Shown piece by piece: positions 7,077-15,920 of a DNA stretch of 24,666 bases (positions within the stretch are counted from its first letter, which is position 1; every line of letters begins with the position of its first letter). The notes under the pieces were generated by a model. The model searched no databases and had not been told where the DNA came from. It was given only the letters and a program-made list of their open reading frames with translations. The position numbers and the translations under genes are program-made. The stretch covers positions 1 through 24,666 of the IMG/VR virus record IMGVR_UViG_3300045115_000040; one strand, given 5' to 3'. The stretch is from a virus (taxonomy: Duplodnaviria > Caudoviricetes).

Positions 7077-8009
7077 ATGCCGAGCCAACTTACAGCCATT
7101 TCGCCAAGCCCTGCCCTGCGGCAGTACGCTTTCGGAGCCGCCCAGTCTGCCATTCAACCGGTGGCGGACTTCATTGCGGGTGTGGTCGAGGTGACCACGA
7201 GCATTGGGCGCTACAAGATCTACTCGCAGAAGAGCCAGTTCCACCTGCCCGAGACGGTGCGCGCCACCGGCGGCCGGGCTGCGGAGGTGACGTTCGGCGG
7301 CACGGATGGGACGTACAACTGCGTTCCGAACGCCATCGACGTGCCGGTGGACATCCTCCAGCAGCAGGAAGCCGCGCCGCTGGAATCTATGCTCATGGAG
7401 TCGGCCAACATGGCGGCTGAGATTGCGGCCCTGATCCACGAGAAAAAGGTTGTCAAGCTGGCCTACGACACTCTCTCTGGTGGTGCCACGGCGGTCAACA
7501 CGGCGTCCACTGATCCGATCGCGGCGCTGGACACGGCCATCCTAAGCGTGATTAAGGCCGCCCGGTACGGGTCGGCCATGGGGGTTGGGATCGTGTTCGG
7601 ACCGGACGCCTACAAGCTGGTCAAGAACTCGACCTACGTGCGGAGCCGGTTCGTGACGGCTGGCACGCCGGCCTTCCCGAACATCACTCCGGACGTCATG
7701 AAGTCTCTGCTCCTGGGGCTGCCGGATGTCATGATCAGTTTCATGGTCGAGGACACGGCGGCCGAGGGTGTGGCGGACTCCATCGATTGGGTCGGTGGCA
7801 TCGGGTCGGCGGCGATTGTGTTTGCCCGCAAGGCGAATGCGACGCGGCGTGACCCATCCTTCATGAAGACGTTCCGGTTGTCCGGCCAGTGGATGGTGCC
7901 CGGGACGTACATGCGCGACGACCAGCGTGCAACGGTGGCGAAGTTCGACTGGAGCGAGGATGTTGTTGTGACGAACTCGTCCGCTGCCGCGATGCTGACA
8001 TTCACCTGA
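7077..8009 (+). CDS. Major capsid protein (HK97 fold, capsid E-like)
   Basis: 310 aa; SPALRQYA...VADFIAGVVEV...GRYKIY...RATGGRAAEV and STDPIAALD patterns; synteny. Confidence 0.85.
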   Translation: MPSQLTAISPSPALRQYAFGAAQSAIQPVADFIAGVVEVTTSIGRYKIYSQKSQFHLPETVRATGGRAAEVTFGGTDGTYNCVPNAIDVPVDILQQQEAAPLESMLMESANMAAEIAALIHEKKVVKLAYDTLSGGATAVNTASTDPIAALDTAILSVIKAARYGSAMGVGIVFGPDAYKLVKNSTYVRSRFVTAGTPAFPNITPDVMKSLLLGLPDVMISFMVEDTAAEGVADSIDWVGGIGSAAIVFARKANATRRDPSFMKTFRLSGQWMVPGTYMRDDQRATVAKFDWSEDVVVTNSSAAAMLTFT

Positions 8010-8015
8010 CCTGTA

Positions 8016-8114
8016 GCGGGGCCCAGTTCCTCGTCATTGACTAGGGGCTCCGTCTTGACCACCTGTTGGCCGGGTGTGGCGTGGGGTTGACCCGGCCGCA
8101 CCCGGTTCCTGTTT
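8016..8114 (+). terminator. Two GC-rich hairpins after the capsid gene (terminator or mRNA stabiliser)
   Basis: GCGGGGCCC (8016-8024) / GGGCTCCGT (8045-8053), and CCGGGTGTGGC (8070-8080) / GCCGCACCCGG (8095-8105) followed by TTCCTGTTT. Confidence 0.55.
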
Positions 8115-8594
8115 ATGGCGTGGGCAGAATTGACGGAGGCTGAACTGCTTCAGCACATCAGCGGGCAGGAGTTGTCCGCTTTCCGGCGAGCCAATCAGCG
8201 CCCCGGGGAGGTGGATCCGTTGGCTGGGCAGATCCAGGACGTGACGGCGTTGGTGCGCGGGTACATCCTGCAATGCCCGCGCTACAAGCTCGGGCCCGAC
8301 GGGACTTTGCCGGACATTCTGCACGACGCAGCCGCCGACCTTGTTGTCCTGCGGGTCATGGCGCGGTCCGGGGGGGCGATTCTCGACCAGGGCGGGGAAC
8401 GGAAGAAGGCCGGGGACGATGCCCGGCAACTTTTGCAGGCGGTGTCGGAGGGGCGTGGACCGTCGATTCCGTTACCGACGGACGCTGAGGGGCTGGGGAG
8501 CGAGATGGACACAAGGCCACCTGGGGTCATGCAGGCGAGCTACAGCACAGCCGACACCAGGCAATGGACAAAGGCGAACATGGACGGGCTGTAA
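8115..8594 (+). CDS. Mu gp36-like (DUF1320) head-tail adaptor
   Basis: MAWAELTEAEL...VRGYI...TLPDILHDAAADL...DARQLLQAVSEG pattern; directly after the capsid gene. Confidence 0.8.
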   Translation: MAWAELTEAELLQHISGQELSAFRRANQRPGEVDPLAGQIQDVTALVRGYILQCPRYKLGPDGTLPDILHDAAADLVVLRVMARSGGAILDQGGERKKAGDDARQLLQAVSEGRGPSIPLPTDAEGLGSEMDTRPPGVMQASYSTADTRQWTKANMDGL

Positions 8595-8597
8595 GGG

Positions 8598-9374
8598 ATG
8601 CCGACACCCAAGCAACATTCGCTGCGCCGGTTGGCCCGCATGGTAAGGTTGCCAGGGGTCGCCCCGGGCGTTTTGCGGCGTTTGGACGCGGACGTTCGGG
8701 AATTGGCCCTCTTCAGTGCCGGCGTGACCCAGGCACGGTTCTTGAGCCAATTGCGGCGCGTTCTGATCGGGATTGAACGTGGCGATCTGACCCGGGCGGA
8801 GGCGAAGAGGCACCTGCGCCGGTGGTTGGCGAACACCGGGTATGAGCCGCCGGCCGGTCAGGAGGGGAAGATTCAAGACCTTAGCTCGGACATTCGTCTG
8901 CGGGTCATCGTTGAGACGCAAGCCGGTCTGTCCGAGGGCTACGGTCGGTACATGTGGCAGCGTCACCACCAGAAGCAATTCCCCTACGTTGAGTTGTACC
9001 GGCGCGAGCCCCGGCGGCACCCTCGCGACTGGCCGAAAATCTGGAAGGTGGCCGGCGGCAAGCAGTATGCTGGCCGGTTCATCGCTCCGTTTGGGTCGCC
9101 GATCTGGCTGCGGATTTCGGATTTCGGGCACCCGTACCCGGTGTTCAAGTGGCTGTCTGGGATGTGGACGCGCATGGTGTCGAGCTACCGGGCGGCCAAG
9201 TACGGGTTGCAAGGGGCGGCGAAGAGGGCGAGACTGCCAAGGATGCTCGAAGGGTGCAAATCGGGAATGAAGGGCATAGACCGTGAACTAGGGCGGGTCG
9301 TGACGTCCGCGCTCCCGGGGTGGCGCCTGGACCGCGACGCCATCGTTTGGAGGGGGTCGTGGCCGACGAGCTGA
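8598..9374 (+). CDS. MuF-like (gp30) minor head protein
   Basis: ALFSAGVTQARFL, RLRVIVETQ...GYGRY, FPYVELYR and SPIWLRISDFGHPYPVFKWLSGM resemble the Mu F-like core. Confidence 0.65.
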   Translation: MPTPKQHSLRRLARMVRLPGVAPGVLRRLDADVRELALFSAGVTQARFLSQLRRVLIGIERGDLTRAEAKRHLRRWLANTGYEPPAGQEGKIQDLSSDIRLRVIVETQAGLSEGYGRYMWQRHHQKQFPYVELYRREPRRHPRDWPKIWKVAGGKQYAGRFIAPFGSPIWLRISDFGHPYPVFKWLSGMWTRMVSSYRAAKYGLQGAAKRARLPRMLEGCKSGMKGIDRELGRVVTSALPGWRLDRDAIVWRGSWPTS

Positions 9375-9949
9375 TTCGAGTGAGAGTCAAGACTACTGGC
9401 GGCGTGCGCGCTGGCTATGTTCTGGACATGGCACGGCTTGAGAGCGCAATGATGTCGGGCGGGTCACGTGTGGTCGAGGATCTACGGGACTTCTACATGC
9501 TCAACGACCAGCACGAACCGAACCGCTTCGTGCAGGATGGAACCGGGTCGAGGCGGACGCACTTCTGGGCCCAGGTGGCCGACAGCATTCGCGGTCCCGA
9601 GTGGGTGAACGGTGGTGTGAACATCACGATCACGGACGGGCGCATCAAGCAGAAAATCTACGGTGGCGAGATCGTGGCCAAGAACGCGAAGTACCTGACG
9701 ATCCCGATTCACCCGGAAGCGTACGCCCGGAGAGCGTTCGATCTGGAGGCGACTGTCGGGAAGATGTTCTTCTGGCGGTCGAAGAATGGATTTCTGTTCC
9801 TGGCCGGCAAGTACGATGGACGATTCACACTGTTCTACCTGCTCAAGACAAGCGTGAACCAGGAGCCGTGGCGGACCGCGCTGCCCAACCGCAGGTTCCT
9901 GACTTCGTCGTTCCAGGCCGGGGTGCGTGAGTGGCTGCGGAGGAATTGA
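9359..9949 (+). CDS. Virion morphogenesis / neck protein (Mu gpG-like)
   Basis: GGEIVAKNAKYLTIPIHPEAY and LFYLLKTSV motifs; GGAGGGG before GTG 9359. Confidence 0.6.
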   Translation: MADELIRVRVKTTGGVRAGYVLDMARLESAMMSGGSRVVEDLRDFYMLNDQHEPNRFVQDGTGSRRTHFWAQVADSIRGPEWVNGGVNITITDGRIKQKIYGGEIVAKNAKYLTIPIHPEAYARRAFDLEATVGKMFFWRSKNGFLFLAGKYDGRFTLFYLLKTSVNQEPWRTALPNRRFLTSSFQAGVREWLRRN

Positions 9950-9952
9950 GCC

Positions 9953-10345
9953 ATGCCGGAAGGCATCACAACAGCGACTGTGGCCGGGACAATCGTTGAC
10001 GCGAGCGGGGTTGCCATGACCGGCTATGTTCGTTTCAGTCGGCGCACGGGCCCTGAGGCGTCATCGTCTGTTGTGGTTACAACCGGTCCGATTGACACTG
10101 TCCTTGTGGCTGGGGCGTTCTCGGTCGAACTGTTGCCGGGGCCGTACCTGTTTGAATTCGCTGGAAGCAAGCCGGTTCCGGTAACGGTCCCGGGCACTGG
10201 CGACTATTCGTTGGCGGACCTGTTGGGGAGTGCTGCAACTACCGGGGTCGAGTATCTGAGGATCTGGAACCCGGATGAAGAGCAGTACAACACGGTCCGC
10301 GTTCTTGGGGTCGGTGACGAACGCGGGTTGGTTATCAGCGATTGA
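9953..10345 (+). CDS. Small beta-rich virion protein (possible fibre anchor)
   Basis: TVAGTIVDASG...GAFSVELLPGPY suggests a prealbumin-like sandwich; tightly packed in the operon. Confidence 0.6.
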   Translation: MPEGITTATVAGTIVDASGVAMTGYVRFSRRTGPEASSSVVVTTGPIDTVLVAGAFSVELLPGPYLFEFAGSKPVPVTVPGTGDYSLADLLGSAATTGVEYLRIWNPDEEQYNTVRVLGVGDERGLVISD

Positions 10346-10349
10346 TGGA

Positions 10350-13300
10350 ATGAGCGCGAAACGGTCGATCTGGTTCCTGGCGGCGGTTCTCCTGCTGGTG
10401 GTTGCGGCTCTTGGCGAGCCTGGCACCAACAAGACCATCATGGCGGACGTGAACAGCCTGGCGTTGGCGTGGCCAACGAACCTGTTCGCGGCCAACTCGA
10501 ACCTTCTCAACGCGAGCATCGGGGTCACACAGTCGAGCGTTTCGAATCTGATCGGGGCGACTGACCTCTGGAAGGACGGCCTGGCTCGGACGAAATGGCA
10601 ATGCCTGACCTGGGATGACTTCTACCGGACGGCGGGCGTGTACGGCACGACGAACCTTGGCGGCCCATACGTCGGGCCGCCGTGGGTGAACTGGTCGGTA
10701 AGTGAACTCAACACGAACCTGGTCATCATCGACGGGAAGATGCAGTCATGGGGCGTTGACGCTGGAGTCGGCAACACGGGCTATCTGTGCGCTGAGCTGG
10801 CGGACACGCCGAGCCTGATGGAATCATGGGTCGAGTGGGACGATGAAGGGACAGGGGACGACGAATCGAGCACCGGGGTAACGGTGGCGATCGGTCAGGC
10901 GCCCGACCCGACATGGACGGCGAGGCGGATGGTGCATTTCCAGATCGGCGCGGACTCGTTCGGAAGCTCGACGGGGCGCGTGTTCGGCCTGGTGCAGTTG
11001 TGGAAGGGGGGGACGAACTACGCGAACGTGAGCGGGTACGGGTTCGCGCCTATCAACGTCGGCGAGACGAATCACCTTCAGATCCTCTACGACGCCTCGT
11101 TGCCGAGGATCGAACTGTACTGCAACGGCGAGCTGGTCATCTACAGCACCAGCAGCGAGCTTCCGAACTTCATCGGTCACTACGTGTATTGGGAGTGCAT
11201 CGTCAACGGGGTCGGTCCGGCTCGGTACAAGGCTCGGTATGACAAGGTCGCGGCCTGGGGTGGTCGGCGACCCGGACCGCTGCCGGCCTACTACGGGGGA
11301 ACGGGCGGGAACAGCCCGGCGACGGCCAGGGAAGCTCTCGACGTGCCTCAGTCGGGATCCTATACCAATCTGTCGTCCGATGCGCTCTGGACCTTCCCGG
11401 CCGAGCACGGTGCCGCGGGCACAATGTGGGCCGAGGACGGCGCCGGGGGGTTCAGCGCGGTCGGCACTTCTGCATGGATGCGGCAGCGGCTTTACGATAC
11501 CGACGACCAGGAGGCCGCCTATATCCGCTTGACGGCGAGCAAGACAAACACCCTAACCTATGAGCCCGCCCCTGCGCCGCCGACGCCGACACTGGGGGAA
11601 GCGCCGCTGTACGGGGCGACCACTGCAGGCCGAACGCGGTTGATGACTGTCACTTCGAGCGGTGGGCTTGCCGCGATCACCACCGCTGAAGAGCTTCAGG
11701 CCCTGCCGCGAGTGTTCGGTACGGTGTCCGAGCTTCTTTCCTATTCCGGCACGGCAACGAACGTTCTCTTGACCGGCTACACTTCAATCGGCGACGGCGG
11801 AGGCGGTCCGCTGCACTACGCATCGACTGGGACAACGAACTACATCACGACCTTTCCGCGTTCCGGGGGCGGCTATTGGGAGCGCGATGACTTGACCGGC
11901 CCGCTAAACTTCGCTTGGACCGGGCACCAACAGAACCCAACGGACTGTTCGCACGCGCTGACGAACGCGCTGCGTTGGGCGATGACGACGCGGCGCGGGC
12001 TGTACATGCCGCCGGGCACCTACAACGTGTCGAACCGAATCGAGATGGGCTCCATCGGCACACAGCTTGCCAACATGCATTGGTTTGGGCGTGGTGCGCT
12101 AATCTCAATGAACGCCTGGGGTTTTACAAACTCGACGTTTCCGGACGGGATAAGCGGTTACGATGCCGGGCGACCGCTCTATACCAACATGACCGTCCTG
12201 TACTTCTACCGTCCAACCAACTGGGTTGTGGAAGGGTTGACGTTTGGTTGCTCACTGGTGACGGCTGGCGCATCGAACAACTACTTGCTCGGTCCGTGGT
12301 ATGGGCTCAAGTTCGACATCAGGTCGGAAGATGACAAGCACGTCGTCGTCCGGGATTGCACCTTCGAATACATGCGGTGGGGAGCGGTCGGCGCGTCGTC
12401 GGCACTCGCACCGAACACGGTTACGGGACTCAAGATCCTCAACAACCGCTTCATCGAGTGCGACAAGAATCCCCTGGGGACGGGATCTTCGATTGTCGAC
12501 GGATTGATGGGTTCATACCAGTTGATCGGGAACGAGTTTATCCACTGTGGCAACACCAACTATCAACCGTCTGCGCTTGCTCATCACCACTGCTTCTACC
12601 CAGCCTACGGCGTCGGATTCCAGATCATCGGCAACCACATTCTTGCAGACCGTTCCGACGACGTCGGCAACCTGATCGTCATTGCAGGCAGCGTTGGCGG
12701 TGTGGTCGCGAATAATACGATGATTGGCTCTTCGAACGTTCCCAAGAACTTCCTGGAGATCGGCGGATTCGATGTTGTGGTAGCCAACAACGCTGCCACC
12801 AACGGTGTGATTCGCATTAACGCCTGGTCGAGTCCTGCAAATGGCGCCGTTGCGGGCAGGATCAAGATGGTCAACAACGACTTCGCGATCAACTTCTTTC
12901 ACGGCATTGCAGACGGACATGTCGGCGAGGTGATCGGCACGGCAAATCACCCGGTGGAACTCGAGATGATTGGCAACACGGTCAGGGTGTTGCTTCCTGC
13001 TAATGTGTTGGCAGCGGGATACACGAACTCGGCGTGGTTCAATCTCGTCGGTCTGACGAACTCGATCATAGAGGGCAACACCTTCGACAACATACCGGTG
13101 CTGCTTTCTACATCTGGAGGGGTGACGCTGCGTCGCAACCGAATCAACGTTCCCCTATGGACGACTACCAAGGCAGGGCTGAACAGCAGGGTGCTCAATC
13201 TCACCAGTGTGACGAATGCTTTTCTATTTGAAAATCTGGTAGACGTGCGGCATTACGACTACTACTCAATCTACGCAGACTCATCGTCTTACATCCGGGC

Positions 13301-14165
13301 TGCGTGGGGCAACTGGGTCAACGCTGGTCAGACATACTCGATTGGCTACACGTCGGACACGCGCGATTCGTGGCAGTCGTTCGGACCACTGCCAGTGATG
13401 GCGAACACGAATTACGACACGTGGTCGCCGTTCGCAGCCTCGAAACACCTGCGACTCAGCGGCGGCTCGGCGTTCATCAACGGTCTGACGAACGGGCTAA
13501 ACAAGGCGGGCGGATCGCTCATCCTGGAGGCTGGCATCGGAACCGGCAGCGGTACGAACGCTATTGTGTTCCGCACCGCACCGAGGCTCGTGTCCGGCCG
13601 GACAGCCCAGACACTGGCTGATCGAGCGATCCTCGACGCCGACGGCGTGTTCAAGGTCTACGAGGGGAGCACGGCAGGGGCGGCCGCGATGGCGCTGTTC
13701 ACCAACAGCATGATCTGGAGCGGGTCAGGGGCCCCGTCCTCGACCGGGGCGGTGGGGAGCGTCTACATGCGTCGAGATGGTGGCGGAGCGACGGCGCTGT
13801 ACGTGAACCTCGATGGCAACACGACCGGCTGGCGACCGGTGATGACGGCGAGTGAATATGACCAGACAGTGACGGCACAGGGCACCACGATCGCCAGCTC
13901 GGCTCGGGTCACCCGTCTGACATCGGGCACCGGCTACACGATCACCAACACGCCGTCCATCACCGCCGGGACGGTCGGCCAGATCCTCGTCCTGATCGCG
14001 ACTGACGCAACCACCGCGGTGACGCTCCAGGACGCGACCTCGCTATCCGGATCAGCGCTGCGCCTTGGGGCCGCGACCCGCACTCTCTCGGCCTATAACG
14101 TCCTGACCCTGATCTACAGCGGTAGCGACTGGCGAGAGATGAGCTACTCCGTCAACTCTCCGTAA
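10350..14165 (+). CDS. Tailspike/depolymerase-like right-handed beta-helix protein with N-terminal signal peptide, 1271 aa
   Basis: MSAKRSIWFLAAVLLLVVAALG N-terminus; fibre motif GGTGGNSPATAREALDV; GYTSIGDGGGG; pectate-lyase-3-like TDCSHALTNAL...LYMPPGTYNVS; many IGN/ANN/EGN beta-helix rungs; GSGAPSSTGAVGSVYMRRDGG near the C-terminus. Confidence 0.8.
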   Translation: MSAKRSIWFLAAVLLLVVAALGEPGTNKTIMADVNSLALAWPTNLFAANSNLLNASIGVTQSSVSNLIGATDLWKDGLARTKWQCLTWDDFYRTAGVYGTTNLGGPYVGPPWVNWSVSELNTNLVIIDGKMQSWGVDAGVGNTGYLCAELADTPSLMESWVEWDDEGTGDDESSTGVTVAIGQAPDPTWTARRMVHFQIGADSFGSSTGRVFGLVQLWKGGTNYANVSGYGFAPINVGETNHLQILYDASLPRIELYCNGELVIYSTSSELPNFIGHYVYWECIVNGVGPARYKARYDKVAAWGGRRPGPLPAYYGGTGGNSPATAREALDVPQSGSYTNLSSDALWTFPAEHGAAGTMWAEDGAGGFSAVGTSAWMRQRLYDTDDQEAAYIRLTASKTNTLTYEPAPAPPTPTLGEAPLYGATTAGRTRLMTVTSSGGLAAITTAEELQALPRVFGTVSELLSYSGTATNVLLTGYTSIGDGGGGPLHYASTGTTNYITTFPRSGGGYWERDDLTGPLNFAWTGHQQNPTDCSHALTNALRWAMTTRRGLYMPPGTYNVSNRIEMGSIGTQLANMHWFGRGALISMNAWGFTNSTFPDGISGYDAGRPLYTNMTVLYFYRPTNWVVEGLTFGCSLVTAGASNNYLLGPWYGLKFDIRSEDDKHVVVRDCTFEYMRWGAVGASSALAPNTVTGLKILNNRFIECDKNPLGTGSSIVDGLMGSYQLIGNEFIHCGNTNYQPSALAHHHCFYPAYGVGFQIIGNHILADRSDDVGNLIVIAGSVGGVVANNTMIGSSNVPKNFLEIGGFDVVVANNAATNGVIRINAWSSPANGAVAGRIKMVNNDFAINFFHGIADGHVGEVIGTANHPVELEMIGNTVRVLLPANVLAAGYTNSAWFNLVGLTNSIIEGNTFDNIPVLLSTSGGVTLRRNRINVPLWTTTKAGLNSRVLNLTSVTNAFLFENLVDVRHYDYYSIYADSSSYIRAAWGNWVNAGQTYSIGYTSDTRDSWQSFGPLPVMANTNYDTWSPFAASKHLRLSGGSAFINGLTNGLNKAGGSLILEAGIGTGSGTNAIVFRTAPRLVSGRTAQTLADRAILDADGVFKVYEGSTAGAAAMALFTNSMIWSGSGAPSSTGAVGSVYMRRDGGGATALYVNLDGNTTGWRPVMTASEYDQTVTAQGTTIASSARVTRLTSGTGYTITNTPSITAGTVGQILVLIATDATTAVTLQDATSLSGSALRLGAATRTLSAYNVLTLIYSGSDWREMSYSVNSP

Positions 14166-14288
14166 CCCGACATCCCCATGAAACCGAGAGTTTTCCAGAA
14201 TGGTGACAAACGCGATTGCGCACCCCGGAATGGCTGGTGAGCACGAACGCAATACAGTGATTAGGAGGAATAGGAGAACAGGATCGAT

Positions 14289-14504
14289 ATGGGCTACACC
14301 GGAAAAGCAACGAGTCGGGGCATCAGCGCGACGCTGAATATCGGCGGGACGGTCGTCCAGGCCTGCGTCGTGACAGTGAACGAGAACGACGAGGCCAAGG
14401 TCAACGAACTCAAGGACGGTTTTGGCGAGGTCGAGGGCCTGGACACATCCGATCGGCGGCGCCGGCCCAATCGTGATAATCACAACGTGGTTCTGATGAC
14501 ATGA
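14289..14504 (+). pseudogene. Truncated tail-tube-like gene (N-terminal half only)
   Basis: NENDEAKVNELKDGFGEVEGLDTSDRR aligns by eye with ELTDNVTVTEQLSGVGEVSGAVASDAR of 16434..16871, then degenerates. Purine-rich RBS upstream. Confidence 0.45.
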
Positions 14505-14917
14505 GCAAGATCCAATCTTGGTTCTCGGGTTGGTGGCCTGTGTTCGCAGCTGCAATGCCTCTTGTGACCGGCGGGATCCTCTGGTGGGCTGCAGGCTACT
14601 TTGTTACGCGTGCTGAGCATTCGAACACGATTCGTGAATTGCGTAACGAGCGTGCTAACGACATCAGTCAGAGCAAGGCTGAGTCTGATGCTCGATGGAG
14701 GGCGCACCTTGAACTGTCAGAGCAGCTGTTCCAACGGGTGAACGACAAGATTGTGGTGAACGAGCGCGCAATCGCCCAAATGTCGAGCATGTGGATGCGC
14801 GAGAGCGACGAGAACAGGGCTGCACACGCTCAGGTGCTGACCATGCTGGGTGTGATTCGAGAGGAAATCGCGGCGTTGAAAGCCGAACGTCGCACAGCCA
14901 GTGAAAGCAAACCATGA
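14501..14917 (+). CDS. Single-TM coiled-coil membrane protein (holin/spanin-like candidate)
   Basis: WWPVFAAAMPLVTGGILWWAAGYFV hydrophobic segment then charged heptads; ATGA overlaps. Confidence 0.65.
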   Translation: MSKIQSWFSGWWPVFAAAMPLVTGGILWWAAGYFVTRAEHSNTIRELRNERANDISQSKAESDARWRAHLELSEQLFQRVNDKIVVNERAIAQMSSMWMRESDENRAAHAQVLTMLGVIREEIAALKAERRTASESKP

Positions 14918-15045
14918 AACAAGTCGTCACCGCGATCTTGTGCCTTCCGTTTGTCCTGCTGTACGCTGTCATTGTTGGCGTGTTGGCGTGTATCAGCACA
15001 GTTTGTGAACGGCTTGGCCTGACTGATGATTTTTCAACCCATTAA
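14914..15045 (+). CDS. 43-aa membrane peptide (not in ORF track)
   Basis: MKQVVTAILCLPFVLLYAVIVGVLACISTVCERLGLTDDFSTH; ATGA overlap upstream and stops 5 nt before the next ATG. Confidence 0.6.
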   Translation: MKQVVTAILCLPFVLLYAVIVGVLACISTVCERLGLTDDFSTH

Positions 15046-15050
15046 CCTAT

Positions 15051-15917
15051 ATGAACGAGATTCAACCTCTGCTGGACCTGCTCGGTGCGAAGCACGGGTG
15101 GGTGGCGGCTGGTTTCGCGTGGGTCGGTGCTCTGCGCGTGGCTATCAAGCCGTTTGGGACGGCCCTAGCAGGGTTGCTCCAAGCCGCCGTGGCGTTCGTT
15201 CGGGGCAACGAAGCCGAGGCCCATTGGCTCGACCGGATCATGCGTTCGGCACCGTACCGGCTTGCCGCCTTCCTCGTGGACTACGTTGCTTCGGTGAAGC
15301 TGCCTTTGCGCGCCCACGAGGACGCGCCAGGAGGCGATTCTAGCGGTCCGGGCGCCGATCCGGGTAGTCCGCAGCCTCCCGGCGGTCAGAACGCCGGGAA
15401 ACCCCCTCCAGGCTCGATTGCAGGGGTTCTGAAGCGGATCTATATCGCCGTCGCGGCCATAACAGCCCTGGTCGGGTGTGCGACGCTTGCCGCCCTGGCC
15501 ACCCCGGACCGGATTTACGCGATCACCAAACTTGCGGCCTACGTCACCTGTTCGCAGCGCGTGTCCGGCACGCCGGTCGAGCGGACGTCCTGGGTGTCCG
15601 CCTACGGGGCCTTGAAGGTTCTGAACGATGCCCCAGGCCAGTGGGGTCCGGCCGAGGTTGTCGCCGCGCTCGACAAGGCCGGCGTGTCCGAAATGATCGG
15701 TTCGGAGGGGCAGTTGACGATTGCCGGCGGCCTGGCGCTGCTGGACACGTTTACCGGTGTTCTGACCAGCATCCACACTCTCGATCAGGCCCAAGCGGCG
15801 GCGCGAGGCGCCATGGACGGGATTGGGCTAGCCCTTGACGCCAACGTGCCGACCCGGCGGGAGGCTATCCTGCAACGACTGACGACCGAGGCCCAGGGCA
15901 CCAGACCGCACCGGTGA
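15051..15917 (+). CDS. Membrane protein (holin-like N-terminus) fused to an internal lipobox-containing domain
   Basis: Hydrophobic N-terminal helices, Pro/Gly linker, then LKRIYIAVAAITALVG-C (Cys codon 15477-15479). Confidence 0.7.
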   Translation: MNEIQPLLDLLGAKHGWVAAGFAWVGALRVAIKPFGTALAGLLQAAVAFVRGNEAEAHWLDRIMRSAPYRLAAFLVDYVASVKLPLRAHEDAPGGDSSGPGADPGSPQPPGGQNAGKPPPGSIAGVLKRIYIAVAAITALVGCATLAALATPDRIYAITKLAAYVTCSQRVSGTPVERTSWVSAYGALKVLNDAPGQWGPAEVVAALDKAGVSEMIGSEGQLTIAGGLALLDTFTGVLTSIHTLDQAQAAARGAMDGIGLALDANVPTRREAILQRLTTEAQGTRPHR

Positions 15918-15920
15918 CGC

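Noticed and set aside
10350-14165. Enrichment of N-x-S/T sequons in the spike protein
   Set aside because: About 11 by hand count, not more than expected for such an Asn/Ser/Thr-rich protein.
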